Source: Octopus sinensis (Eukaryota). From it: DNA of 64,000 bases. The translations under genes were made by a program, and so were the position numbers. Under the pieces are notes generated by a model. That model was given only the letters and a program-made list of their open reading frames with translations, was not told the DNA's origin and searched no databases. This document shows positions 1 through 12,359 of the stretch, in pieces. Position 1 is the stretch's first letter. The number at the start of each line of letters is the position of its first letter. The stretch is from contig NC_042998.1 of the NCBI RefSeq assembly GCF_006345805.1, positions 87,420,001 through 87,484,000 of the forward strand, written 5' to 3'.

Positions 1-61
1 TTAAAATAAAAAATTATGATAAACCAATTGGATAATATTAATTAATTAATTAATTAATTAA

Positions 62-64
62 ATA

Positions 65-111
<47 letters not shown>

Positions 112-158
112 GGTGGTGGGGTGGTGGTGGTGGTGGTGGTGGTGGTGGTGGTGGTGGT
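62..158. repeat. Compound (GAT)n-(GGT)n microsatellite
   Basis: Direct reading. Confidence 0.95.
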
Positions 159-411
159 GACGATTACATAATTATACTGGCTAAGATTGGTTAGGGTAAT
201 TAAAGTGACAAATTAAAACTGAATATTTTAACATTTAAAATACATTATAAATAAATACAATTCTAGTTTCACTGCTAACTTCTCAAAATTCCGATACAAA
301 CACAGTATATCTTTTCTTGTGGTGTTAACTCTACCTTCTCTCTCTCTCTCTCTCAATGCGTATTTGGAACTTAAAATGTAATTCTGATATGTTCTCTCTT
401 TGTGATAAAAG

Positions 412-487
412 GTTAACCAGTGAACACAAAACAATGATTAGAATTATTCGAAAGATCAAATTTTTTGTAGCAAGACGGAAGTTTCAA
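412..487 (+). CDS. KCNQ1: KCNQ1-type K+ channel, C-terminal helix B exon (76 bp); gene begins upstream of window
   Basis: AG at 410-411, GTAAGT at 488; encodes (R)LTSEHKTMIRIIRKIKFFVARRKFQ, matching KCNQ1 helix B ([25 protein letters not shown]); splices in phase 0 to 7040. Confidence 0.93.
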
Positions 488-1890
488 GTAAGTATGATAT
501 ATTTTCAACAAGAATCTTCTTTTGTCAAAGTTTTAAAACTAAACATGTTTATAAAGATGCTTTTATTAAATTTTATTCATCCTAGAAATTTTCTTGCAAA
601 TTCTGTTACTTTTATGATGGAAGTTTACAATTGTTTGAATCAAGATTCAGGCAATTGCTGGCAATTACATTGTTACCTCCAGCATTAGACTTTTACTTTC
701 GCACAGCTACTGTTATAATATAGGTGTTATTTGTCCTCAGTTCAGCCTTTATGAAGCAGACCTATGATCATAGATGCTCTAAGCATCTCATCCCATCTCA
801 TCTATTCTTTTTCAATTATTGTGTACTTTTGGTTACATCATGTTCTCTATTGTTTGTTTTTCTTAAGATATTGGAGTGCCATGTAAGGAAAAGTTAGAGG
901 CTATGCCTTGCATGTCTAACCCCCATGTCAAAGTCCTTCAATGTTTGTTACTGCTGCTGCTGATAATGATGACAACAGTGGTGGTGGCAGTGGCTGCAGC
1001 AACGACAATGATGATGATCATGATAATGATGATAGTAATTTTATTGTTTAGCGTTAGGTCAAAACAGGAGTTAGACTCTGGCTGTCCATGTGAAATCTTA
1101 TATACTGATGACCAAATCTTTCCTTATGGAGAGTCTGTGGAAGACTTAGAAAGAAAATTCAGACATGGAAACAGAACATAGAAGCTAGAGGACTAAAGTT
1201 TTCTTAAGTATGACAGGAGACAGAAAGCTACTGTCATCAGGAAATGGTTGTACTCAATATGCAGAAAAAAAATAAAAACTGGAAACATGAACTCCATATG
1301 GTGTACATGGTATGAAGAATGAGTGCTGAAGAAATCTACAAGGATCAAAGACAGGCTGACAGTAGATTAAAACTTTGGTTAACCCTTTAACATTCAGATT
1401 ATCAAATCTAATGTTTATCTGTTCACATCATTTTGAATTAATCTTGTATTATCTTGTAGCTTTGAGATTTTACTGATGTGATTATCTATTTTTGGAATGA
1501 TATTGTAAGCAGGAGCATATATTCAAGATATGCTAGGTGTATACTGCACAACCACCGAAAATGGCAAATTAATTATGAATATTAATCTTACTCATTAATT
1601 TAATCACAAATCTTAATGGAAAACTTGTGTTATACCATTAAGCAAAATAGGCACTCGTGTTATACCATTAAGCAAAATAGGCACATGAGGAAAAATATCC
1701 ATTAATTGTAAATAATGTAAATAATATATCAAACATTAAACATAAAATTTTGACCTGCTTCTATACATGCTGTTATAATTTGAAGCCATTTGAACAAGAA
1801 CTGGCAAAGTTATTGGATTGGGAAATGATATCAATTTTTTTAAACACCCTATATATCTACTATATATATATAGTAGTCATCTATCTATAT

Positions 1891-1933
<43 letters not shown>

Positions 1934-2158
1934 TTAGCCACTACACACATTTTTTTCTCTCCTTGTTTTCTCTGTCCCTTTCTGTAGAAGAGCGTAGGCT
2001 CGAAACGTAAAAGACTTTTTCTATTCCTGAGCATTATACTAATACATCTGTTTGTTTTGTACACCACCTGTCTTCGTCTTTTGTATTTTTCATAAACACT
2101 CCCTATATATATATATGAATAAAAAATGGAGTTAACGCAGGTTTAAACAAGTATTTTT

Positions 2159-2244
2159 ACTTTCGACACATGTTTCGAAAATTCCACTGATACTATTCAA
2201 AAGAATAAATGGTATAAACAATGCAATCTTCTCTTCGGGAAAGT
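2159..2244 (-). ncRNA. Second copy of the hammerhead fold, in the 3' pLTR (element sense)
   Basis: Exact reverse complement of 4777-4862. Confidence 0.7.
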
Positions 2245-2445
2245 GAAAAAAACGAAACTCGTCAATACGACATTTTAGCAAAAAATGATGGATTTGTATA
2301 GCGATAGACAGAACGCTATTAATATTGTTTAAAAAAACGTTATATGATATAACGTCATAAGTAGCTAACAGAAAGAGTAGGGATATTACTAGTGAATGTT
2401 AAATATAAAGGAAATTAAAGTTTAAATTATATATAATGATAGAGA

Positions 2446-4736
2446 CTACTTATATGCACTAAATGTATGTTTCTGCCAATGCTTACATCTGTATGCTCGT
2501 TCTATAACCGTGTTTACTAGAGTATTTTTAGAAAAAATAATGAAAAATAGCTCAGAATTGCAGAGAAGACAGAATTTCTTGCCTTTGTCATATGGTATCG
2601 AAATTGAGAGGATCAACCATTCTAAATGAAATTGTTCATTGTGGTCTTTTAAATCCCAAATCAGTTTGCTGAGACCGGTACTATTCCGTTATTTCTATCC
2701 CTAAATGTTGAGTAATGGATAGAAATTCTTTTAGATAACTCTAACGATGTGCTTCCAATGTAAAATCGTACTTTATTACGAGTACTGATTATACACTGGT
2801 ATATAGAATTTTTAATCTTAGAGTTACTTGACATAAATTTAATTCTATTGGAATTGACTTCAGATACAATAACCTTGTTATTAATATTTCTAGAGGGTTG
2901 GATGGTATTAGCTAAATTAATATTAGTATTAGTAAATGTATTAATATTTAACAGTTTGTTATTATGAGAAGATATAATTTGCAAGAGATTTTTTGTGTTT
3001 GAAAAACCTATCCTAACCTTATGTGAATTAATTATAGAGTAATATCTAGAATTGTTTGGAAAATTCCTAGCAATAGCTTGACGAAACAGCAGTGGGAGAT
3101 TAGATTTAATTTGTCTCCTGTAAGGAATTATTAACCAAATATTTTTACTAGTATTCATAGCGTAATTACTTTTGAAGGTGTTATATTTACTTTTAGATCG
3201 ATAATAGGGGATTAAATAAGGGTTATCTGCCTTCATTCACTTTGTATCGGTGCGTAAGTTATGTTTGTTATCAATAATTCTTTTACGACTAGAAATCTTA
3301 TCTACATTATTGAATTTACAATTAGACTGAGCAGAATCAATGTAGAAAATTTTTTCTGTATAACCTGCTTTGATTAAGGCAGAGTTATAGAATTCAGCGT
3401 TATTATTGAAAGTATCAACATTAGCAGATAATTTAGATAATCTAAATGAAATATTCTTAACTAAATTCTTAGTAATTGCTCCAGGATGATTACTAAATTT
3501 GCTAATGTACTTAAGATTGGTCAACGGTTTATGATATGGGAAGTAAGAGTCACTGTGTAAATTAAGCGTAATATCTAAAAAGTTGGCCTTCGTCAGATCG
3601 TCATCAAAAACGATTTTTAAGCCCATTCTACTGAAAAAATTAACTAAACTATTCTTAACTTTTTGTACCTTTTGGTTGGAAACATTTTGGAGGTAAAGTA
3701 AACAATCTTCACGATATAGACCTCCATAAATGTTAGGGAACTCTTCAGCCATTTCAAAAAGAATATATATACTGACCAAATCAGCTATCTGTGCTGAATC
3801 AGAACTTCCCATTGGTATATCGAAACTATCTGGTGTGTCTTTACGGACCCACAACTTATCATCAAATTTAATGATAGATCTTCTGGCTGCCAACACAACA
3901 TTAATTTCTTCTCGGGTGAGACCAGCTTTGTTATGAGCAAGCCAAAGTGCCTTATTAAGTACTATTGGATTAATAGACGAATAAAAATTGGAAATATCAA
4001 ACTGGATAAACTTAGTACTCACCTTACTATTAATAGACCTAAACCAGTCAACTACTTCAAATGAATTAGTCCATAAACTAAGTTTTAATGTTTTGATTAA
4101 ATTAGGAATATATTTATCTAGTATATTTTTATTAAGGATACCGATGTCAGAGCTAGAAGGGCAGATAAGCCTTAATGATGGGTTAGTAAAAAAATTTGGT
4201 TTGTGATCCTTCAAAATGAACCGAGGTTGCTTAGGAACAAGTGGTTCTGTCTTCATTTGTAGGTTATATTTTTCCATGATTTTCATAGCCTCAATGTTGG
4301 CTTTCTTAAGTATTCTTTTATCAGCAATTTTATACTTTTTCTGAATTTCTTTTTTAAGTAATTCCAAATAATAGTCTTTATAAAGTTTGTACAGATTTCC
4401 AGTCTTATCAGATTGAACCAACATAGTATCCATAGAATTGATTTCTTTGGTGATGTTGCGAAGATACCTTAGATGTTTATTTCTTAGTGGTGATCGTTGA
4501 AATTTTACATTTCTCACAATGGACCAGAGATCATCTTCAAATTGCTTCAACCTTGGGTTAGGCGGCGGACTATTTTTAGATTTAAATAACTTGTTGAACT
4601 CAGATGTTTTATCATTAGTGTGTTGTTGAGTGTCATTTTTGTCAAAGAAAAAGGTAAGCCATCTTATTCGGTTGATGAATGAATTAATCTTATTGACGAG
4701 TATAGCGTTCTGTCTATCGCTATACAAATCCATCAT
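2446..4736 (-). pseudogene. Disrupted PLE polyprotein
   Basis: 499-codon RT ORF ends in TGA at 3237-3239, immediately followed in frame by ATG (191 codons); a frameshift near 2690 joins STGLSKLIWDLKDHNEQFHLEW...FCLLCNSEL...RCKHWQK to TAG at 2446-2448; catalytic RDD reads RED. Confidence 0.85.
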
Positions 4737-4776
4737 TTTTTGCTAAAATGTCGTATTGATGAGTTTCGTTTTTTTC

Positions 4777-4862
4777 ACTTTCCCGAAGAGAAGATTGCAT
4801 TGTTTATACCATTTATTCTTTTGAATAGTATCAGTGGAATTTTCGAAACATGTGTCGAAAGT
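4777..4862 (+). ncRNA. Type I hammerhead ribozyme fold (U4C core variant) in inverted pLTR
   Basis: Stem I ACTTTC/GAAAGT, core CCGAAGA, stem II GAAGATT/AATTTTC with long insert, GAAA, minimal stem III with palindromic ACATGT, cleavage triplet GTC at 4854-4856. Confidence 0.7.
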
Positions 4863-5051
4863 AAAAATACTTGTTTAAACCTGCGTTAACTCCATTTTTT
4901 ATTCATATTATTCAAAATATTCAACGTAAACACGAAGTTTCAACCTTTATAAACAAGGAGTTACAACATCTTTACTTGTGAGATTTTTGCTGCCCTGGTA
5001 ACTATTTATTTATTTTTCCATGTTAATTGTTAACAAGTTAAAAATACACTC

Positions 5052-5056
<5 letters not shown>

Positions 5057-5125
<69 letters not shown>

Positions 5126-5147
5126 TCATCATCATCATCATCATCAT
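5057..5147. repeat. (TA)n followed by (CAT)n retroposon tail
   Basis: Direct reading. Confidence 0.95.
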
Positions 5148-6690
5148 TTAACGTCCGCTTTCCATGCTAGCATGGGTTGGACGGTTCAACTGGGGTCTGG
5201 GGAGCCCGAAAGCTGCACCAGTCCAGTCAGATCTGGCAGTGTTTCTACAGCTGGATGCCCTTCCTAACGCCAACCACTCCGAGAGTGTAGTGGGTGATTT
5301 TATGTGCCACCGACACAGGTGCCAGACGAGGCTGGCAAACGGCCACGCTCGGATGGTGTTTTTATGTGCCACCGACACAGGTGCCAGACGAGGCTGGCAG
5401 ACGGCCACGCTCGGATGGTGTTTTTATGTGCCACCGACACAGGTGCCAGACGAGGCTGGCAGACGGCCACGCTCGGATGGTGTTTTTATGTGCCACCGAC
5501 ACAGGTGCCAGACGAGGCTGGCAGACGGCCACGCTCGGATGGTGTTTTTATGTGCCACCGACACAGGTGCCAGATGAGGCTGGCAAACGGCCACGATCGG
5601 ATGGTGCTTGTTACGTGCCCACAGCACGGAGGCCAGTCGATGCGGTACTGGCTACGGCCACGTTCGGATGGTTTTCTTATGTGCCACGTGCCACCGGCAC
5701 TGGTAACACAAAGATACAAATTCCATTGATGTTCATCTATTTTGATTTGTTTTGATTTTCACTTGCCTCAACAGGTCTTCACAAGTGTCACAAGAAGGAA
5801 GGTATGCACAGGTGGACTGACTACGTCCCAGGTAGGGGCCATGGGTTATGGCCTGACTAGTCTTGCCGGGTCTTCGGATGGTGTTTTTATGTGCCACCGA
5901 CACAGGTGCTAGATGAGGCTGGCGAACGGCCATGATCGTATGGTGTTTGTCATGTGCCCACCGCACTGACTACGGCACTGATGGATTTCTTGTGTGCCAC
6001 AGGCACTGGTACCACAAGATACAAATTCCATTGATGTTCATCTATTTTGTCTATTTTGATTTGATTTGATTTTCACTTGCCTCAACCGGTCTTCACAAGT
6101 GTCACAAGAAGGAAGGTATGCACAGGTGGACTGACTAGTCTTGCCGGGTCTTCGGAAGGTGTTTTTATGTGCCACCGACACAGGTGCCAGATGAGGCTGG
6201 CGAACGGCCATGATCGGATGGTGTTTGTTACGTGCCCACAGCACGGAGGCCGGTCGATGCGGAACTGGCTACGGCCACATTCGGACGGTTCTCTTGTGTG
6301 CCACCGGCACTGGTACCACAAAGTGTGTGCCACCGGCACTGGTACCACAAAGATACAGATTCCATTGATGTTCATCTATTTTGATTTGTTTTGATTTGAT
6401 TTTCACTTGCCTCAACAGGTCTTCATAAGTGTCACAAGAAGGAAGGTATGCACAGGTGGACTGACTACGTCCCAGGTAGGGGCCATGGGTTATGGCCTGA
6501 CTAGTCTTGCCGGGTCTTCGGATGGTGTTTTTATGTGCCACCGACACAGGTGCTAGATGAGGCTGGCGAACGGCCACGATCGGATGGTGTTTGTCATGTG
6601 CCCACAGCACGGAGGCCAGTCGATGCGGTACTGGCTACGGCCACTTTCGGATGGTTTTCTCTTGTGTGCCACCGGCACTGGTACCACAAA
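5123..6690 (-). mobile_element. RTE-LINE 3' UTR-derived repeat with expanded tandem arrays
   Basis: 3' end reads ...catggaaagcggacgttaaatgatgatg on the - strand, shared with 12360-12665 and 60545-61095; related UTR follows an RTE ORF end at 34130-35110. Confidence 0.7.
5301..5610. repeat. 62-bp tandem repeat x5
   Basis: Unit marker tatgtgccaccgac recurs at 5301, 5363, 5425, 5487, 5549. Confidence 0.95.
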
Positions 6691-6814
6691 GATATATATA
6701 TGTATGTATATAGTTATAGATATAGATATAGATATAAGCATACATACATGCATGCATACATACATACATACATACATACATACATACATACATACATACA
6801 TACAGGCTTCATGA

Positions 6815-7135
<321 letters not shown>

Positions 7136-7254
7136 TAAATATTCCTGGAGACATCTTATTAGATATCTATGTATATGTAGTATTAGAACTGAAATGAAAT
7201 CTAAATTACTTCAATGCAGCATTCTGTAATTAATTTTGAAATATTTCCTTTCAG

Positions 7255-7345
7255 ACTGGATACGACTTTGGGGAAGCCAACATACTTTGGTACACACAGA
7301 GAGAAAATGACTCTGTGTGCAAAAGTCAATATTATAGAAAACCAA
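7255..7345 (+). CDS. KCNQ1: KCNQ1 exon (91 bp), helix C-D linker
   Basis: TTTCAG acceptor, GTAAGT donor, phase compatible (CG|A); LDTTLGKPTYFGTHREKMTLCAKVNIIENQ resembles LDQSIGKPS...TIGARLNRVEDK. Confidence 0.92.
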
Positions 7346-7869
7346 GTAAGTTTTCACTGTAATTTTTCTTACTAACAATAAATTCGTTTTAGTGTCGACT
7401 TGTGTAAGCATATTTTCTCTCAAGTACATTTTGATTCATTACTTGATTCTTTTATACCATATTATGGTTAAACACTTTTGTCACCATATTTCTGTTGCAA
7501 TACATCTTTGCTTCAAATTTGAAAATGAAGAATTTTTAAAAAAATTACTTGGTCATTTTTAAGATGATGTTTGGGACATAAACTAACATGAAATTTTGCT
7601 GGATATTTTTAGTTTAGATAACCTTAAAACTGGAAGATTTTATTATAAAATCTGGAGCAGTCTCAGGTGGTTTAGTATCAAATGGATTAAGGTTTACTTT
7701 TAAAAGAGAACTATAGAGACTGCAAAGTTAATTTGCTAGACTGTTTATTAAATGAAAATTCCTATGACCAAACTTCAATGATGTTACTATCTCTGATGAT
7801 GATTTTAAAGCTAGGTACAGGCATGGCTATATGGTTAAAACGTATGCTTTCCAACCATATGGTTTCAGG

Positions 7870-7908
<39 letters not shown>

Positions 7909-7910
<2 letters not shown>

Positions 7911-9800
7911 TAGTTGGTGTACCTGGTAATTCCTGGGGGTAAAGATGATCTATTGAAATGCCTTATTAGTCTGATAGAAGAAAGCAATTTCGTTATAACA
8001 GCCATAAAAGGTGTATTTTCTGTCACAAAAACGTACAAAAACTGTCAGCTGGAGGAGGGAGAGATCGTTGGAGGTTGGCAAGAGAGATTGTCAGAAGTTG
8101 TCTAGAGAGGTTGTTGGAGGTTGTTGAGAGAGGTTTTTGTAGGTTGGCAAGAGAGATTGTTGGAGGTTGTCGAGAGAGGTTTTCAGAGGTTGGCAAGTTA
8201 GTTATTTGGAGATGTTGAAAAAATGTATATTAATGCAATGTGTAAATTAATTACAGCAATATGTATATAACTGTTTAAATATTGAATTAGAATAGACATT
8301 CATCAAAATGTCATATGAACTATAAATAAGCAATAAATATTATGATTTGTAAAATAAGTATAACTGAAACAGGGAGTAGCGAGTCAGTGTGGTGTGGAAG
8401 TTTGGTTTCATTTTTTAAGATTTTTAAGTATTCAAAGTATGAGTTCATTGTACTTGGACAAACTTATGAAATGCGTTGTGGAATGAAAAATGTATGTACT
8501 ATCATCATAAAATTTGAACTTGAAAAAGACAGACTTATCGGAGTTATGGGCATTCATAGTGTAATGAAATTTAATTGAAAACCCTGCATGCATTGGCAGA
8601 ATTTAGTTATTTGGAGAATAACTAAGTTATTTGAAAAAATGTCTGTTAATGCAATGTGTAAATTAATTACAGCAATATGTATTTAACTGTTTAGATATTG
8701 AATTAGAATAGATGAAGAATAATTGTTTTATTTTGTAAATATGAAACATAATGAATCAGAGACTTATTTGAGATCACTATTGTCGCATTAGAGCAGCTTA
8801 TGATGTAGAAGCACCCAGTCGTACTCTGACTCATCGTGGCATTTTAAAGGTGAACTTTATGAAAGCTAATTTATTAAAGGTAATATATGAATGTAGTATA
8901 GAAATATATGAATGAAATGTTAAAAGAAAGTGCAATAATAACGTTCACACTCATTGGTGGTCACTGTCAGTAACTGCATTTAGCTTACGGAGTTCTTGTT
9001 TCCATAACTATCAAAAAGTAGCCAGAAGGATCGACATGTTGAGAACAAATGAATTCGTTGGAGGTCTGTTATCTCCATTCTAGCCCCTGATGGCCTAGAA
9101 GAGGTTAGAAGAGTCAAGAGGCAAAGATATTATTCTGCTTAGCGGAGGTATCTGGGAAGTGTATAACTGCTGTCATTCATAAAAAAACTATTGTTTTACC
9201 GTGAGAAAAGCGCTGTTAAAGTGTTAAGTGAAATTTGGCAATTGAGGATCAAATCCATGCTATGCCTGCATGAAGCCACTACAAATACATTGTAGAAAAA
9301 AAAATTTATCTACTCTCATGGAGAAAGTGCAACTGTAAAAACACAGAATTATTGGAGTAATGGGCATTCAGAAAAGTATGTATGTATAGAAATGTATGAA
9401 TGAAGAGATTCAAATTAAGGAAGTGCAATAATAATGTTTAGCAGTTCAAAACTGTTAGTGAAATACAGAATTAGGTCGGCTGATCGTTGGGTCAAAGCAA
9501 TCGAATATAAACAATGAAATGGGTTATTTCCCTTGAGTGTTGAAAAAATATTGTGTAGGAGTATGAGTTATTTCCCTTGGCTGTTTAAAAAAATTAGTTA
9601 TACGAGGTATATATAAAGATCCCTTCCAGGGACCGTATTATTGATTTTTCAACAATCTAAGTATGTCACAAGGTTTCCAGACATGAGTTCTACACACGTG
9701 TCAAATTTCATTAAAATCAATAAAACGATCTAGGAGGAGTTAGCTAACAACGCCACAAACAAACACACACCGATTTTCCACATATATATATATGTGTATA
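7909..9800 (+). mobile_element. Probable non-autonomous Helitron/Helentron-like (DINE-type) element
   Basis: Starts ACTAG...TACC after (TA)n; ends aaatttcat...ggaggagtt...acaaacaaacacac...tatatata; internal ~110-bp duplication (8196-8300 and 8600-8715). Class assigned from end motifs only. Confidence 0.45.
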
Positions 9801-10754
9801 TATATATAAGTTTATCCCTGCAGATTTTCTATAGAATCAGAACCAGCAGTGAAAGTTATGATATTTCATATATGAATACATCTATGCAAACAATGTGATC
9901 AAAGATAAAAACAATAGGTAATGGGTGTACATGCATATTTCAAGAGTTACTGCTCTTTCATCAGCACCACAACAATCACCTATCCACAAACACATTACTT
10001 AAATATCCATTAAGTTTAGCAGTGTAACACTATTGGATAGTCCAATTTACATATCAAACACATTTCTGGTAACTGGTGTGAAAATATTAATTGCTAGCAA
10101 GGAAATAGTATCATAGTATTTATGAATGTCTGTGTGTGTGTGTGTGTGTGTTTGTGTGTGTGTATGTGTGTGTGTGTGTGTAACATCATCACTGTCATCG
10201 TCATTTAACATTCATTTTATATGCTGGTATGGGTTGGACAGTCTGACAGGAGCTGATCAGCTGGAGACCTCTCCAGGCTTAGTTTTGTATAGCTAGATGC
10301 CTTTCCTAATACCAACAATTTTACAGAGTGTGCTGGTTGCTTTTATGCAGCACTGGTACAGGTACTCTTACGTGGCACTGGCTCAAGTGCTTTTCACATG
10401 GCACCAACACCCACAGGCCCACAACATTAGGAATGCTTAGCTGATCTTACATATATTACTAATCTGTAGTTCAATTCTTGGAAAGGATAGCATTTCATTT
10501 CTTCGCAGGAATCAAACTTTACACATACTTCACAGTCTCATTTCATTTGAAGCTTGAAATATTTTGGCTTCAGTGCAGCTGTGACTGAACAGACTTGGGA
10601 TTAAAGCTGGCCTTCCAGTCATGATTATTCCTTTGTTTTCAATCAAAGACTAAGACCACATTCACATATGAGGCCACTTTTTAAGATGCTGGGGTGTTAT
10701 CTGAAGGAGATTTGGCTGTTATTTCAAGCTGGTCGTATGAACATTCAGACACTG

Positions 10755-10787
<33 letters not shown>

Positions 10788-12359
10788 TTAACATCTTGTT
10801 GTCCATGCTGGCATGGGTTGGATGGTTTGACCAGGGCTGGTAAGCTGAGTGGTTGCCACCAGACTCCAGTCTGATTTGGCATGGCTTCTGCAGCTGGATG
10901 CCCTTCCTAAAACCAACTACTCCAAGAGTATAATGAGTGCCTTTATGTACCACCAACACAGGTAGCAGTTGTGTGACACCAGTATCTGCCACAACTATGA
11001 TTTCACTTGGCTTAATGAATCTTCTACTCAAGCACAGCACATTGCTAAAGGTCTCGGTCATTTGTTATTGCCTCTACAAAGCTGCTTGGCTCAAAAAATA
11101 TTTTGTTGCCAACACACACAGATAGCATATTCTTAAATTTTCAGCTGATGGTGAAGCCTCTACATGGTTGATTGACCTAGTAGAAATAGCAACCAAATAT
11201 TCCTTAAATCATACTCTTGTGAAGAAGTATATATATCAGAAAACAGAAAACCAAATACACTGCCTGATCTGAAATAAAGGCAGGATGAACATGACTGGAA
11301 TGCCTTTGGTCATAAATCTGCTCATTCAGAGCTTATTTAGGGCCAAATAATTATAACTATGTCTCTCTGAATATTTTCTTCCTTCTTGCTTTGGCAACTA
11401 TACATTTCTACAATCAGCTTCATACACCATTAGTAGTTCCAAACTGACAAATATCAAAACCTACAAAAAAAAAGTGGACATTTTTTTACTTTAATGTTTT
11501 GTAATTAGAAAATGAAATAGAATTTACATCCATATGATTCATCTTTCTTTTCCATAATGTTGGAGAAGTTTAAAATGTTTAAGTTTATCTTCATTTTATC
11601 AAATATGACAATTTGTTTGCCTCCTTTTCATATCATCACAGCCCTTATCCCACACCCTTCAGGGACCTGGTCTCATTCTATCAGAAATGTTGACCTCAGT
11701 AACAATAACAGTAACTAATAAATACAGCCAGTGCTAGCATGGAACATGGACATTAAATGAGGATAATGATGACCAGCACTAGATTAACCATTAAGCTTAG
11801 GGCATCAAGGAAAGCAGAAAACTACAGAAATGGTAAATGGTCTACAGCACTAAAGAAATCACTTTAAACTTGCTAAAATAATATTCGAGATGCCTCATCT
11901 CTACTAAGTATAGAAGCATATGTGTTTAATTTTGAGAATCTGGTCAAAGACTTTGCAATTAAAAAAAGTAGGAAGAACTTTTCAAATACAAATAAAGTTG
12001 GCATATTCAAAAATAGCATTATTTTTCATTTTATTGTTAGTTTTGTTTCATTTTGAAGAATAAAAATTTATTTTATGGTTTATTATTGTTAATATTTTGA
12101 ATTACATATATACGGGGGAAGCCATAATCTTTTCAGTACTTGGGGCCTGTATGGGTCTTAATCTAGCCCTGATGACGACGACAATGACAACAACAACAAT
12201 TAGGTATTTCATGAGCCCATTTGTGCAACTCATTGCTTTTGCTGAATTCATAGTACCTATTCCACTCCTATTTACTGAGCCAGTATGCCAGTGCAGCATA
12301 ACCGACCCATTTAAGAGTACCCTTCAATCATTGGGCAATAAACTGTGTTTACGAAGACC

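Larger units (their letters stand above)
2113..4908 (-). mobile_element. Penelope-like retroelement (RT + C-terminal GIY-YIG), 5'-truncated, with inverted pLTR, in KCNQ1 intron
   Basis: PLE-type RT motifs (ILKDHKPNF, FIQFDISNFYSSI, FDIPMGSSDSAQIADLV, GLYRED, NFLDITLNL, SNHP) and GIY-YIG (SIYQC...YIGST...R...H); 2113-2319 is the reverse complement of 4702-4908; (TA)n runs on both sides. Confidence 0.92.

Noticed and set aside
1983-2020. Third hammerhead-like motif (GAAGAGCGTAGGCTCGAAAC)
   Set aside because: Core lacks CUGA, no NUH triplet or stem I partner found; treated as a degenerate PLE-derived relic.
2337-2355. Hairpin in the PLE 3' UTR as a SECIS element / Naiad selenoprotein call
   Set aside because: ACGTTATA-NNN-TATAACGT is a short perfect hairpin without the SECIS quartet and apical AA geometry; Naiads have an N-terminal endonuclease, this element's is C-terminal.
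3730-4206. + strand ORFs of 68 and 72 aa
   Set aside because: Antisense shadows of the PLE RT frame.
5301-5610. Regular 62-bp repeats as a CRISPR array
   Set aside because: Units are contiguous with no unique spacers, context is eukaryotic, no cas genes.
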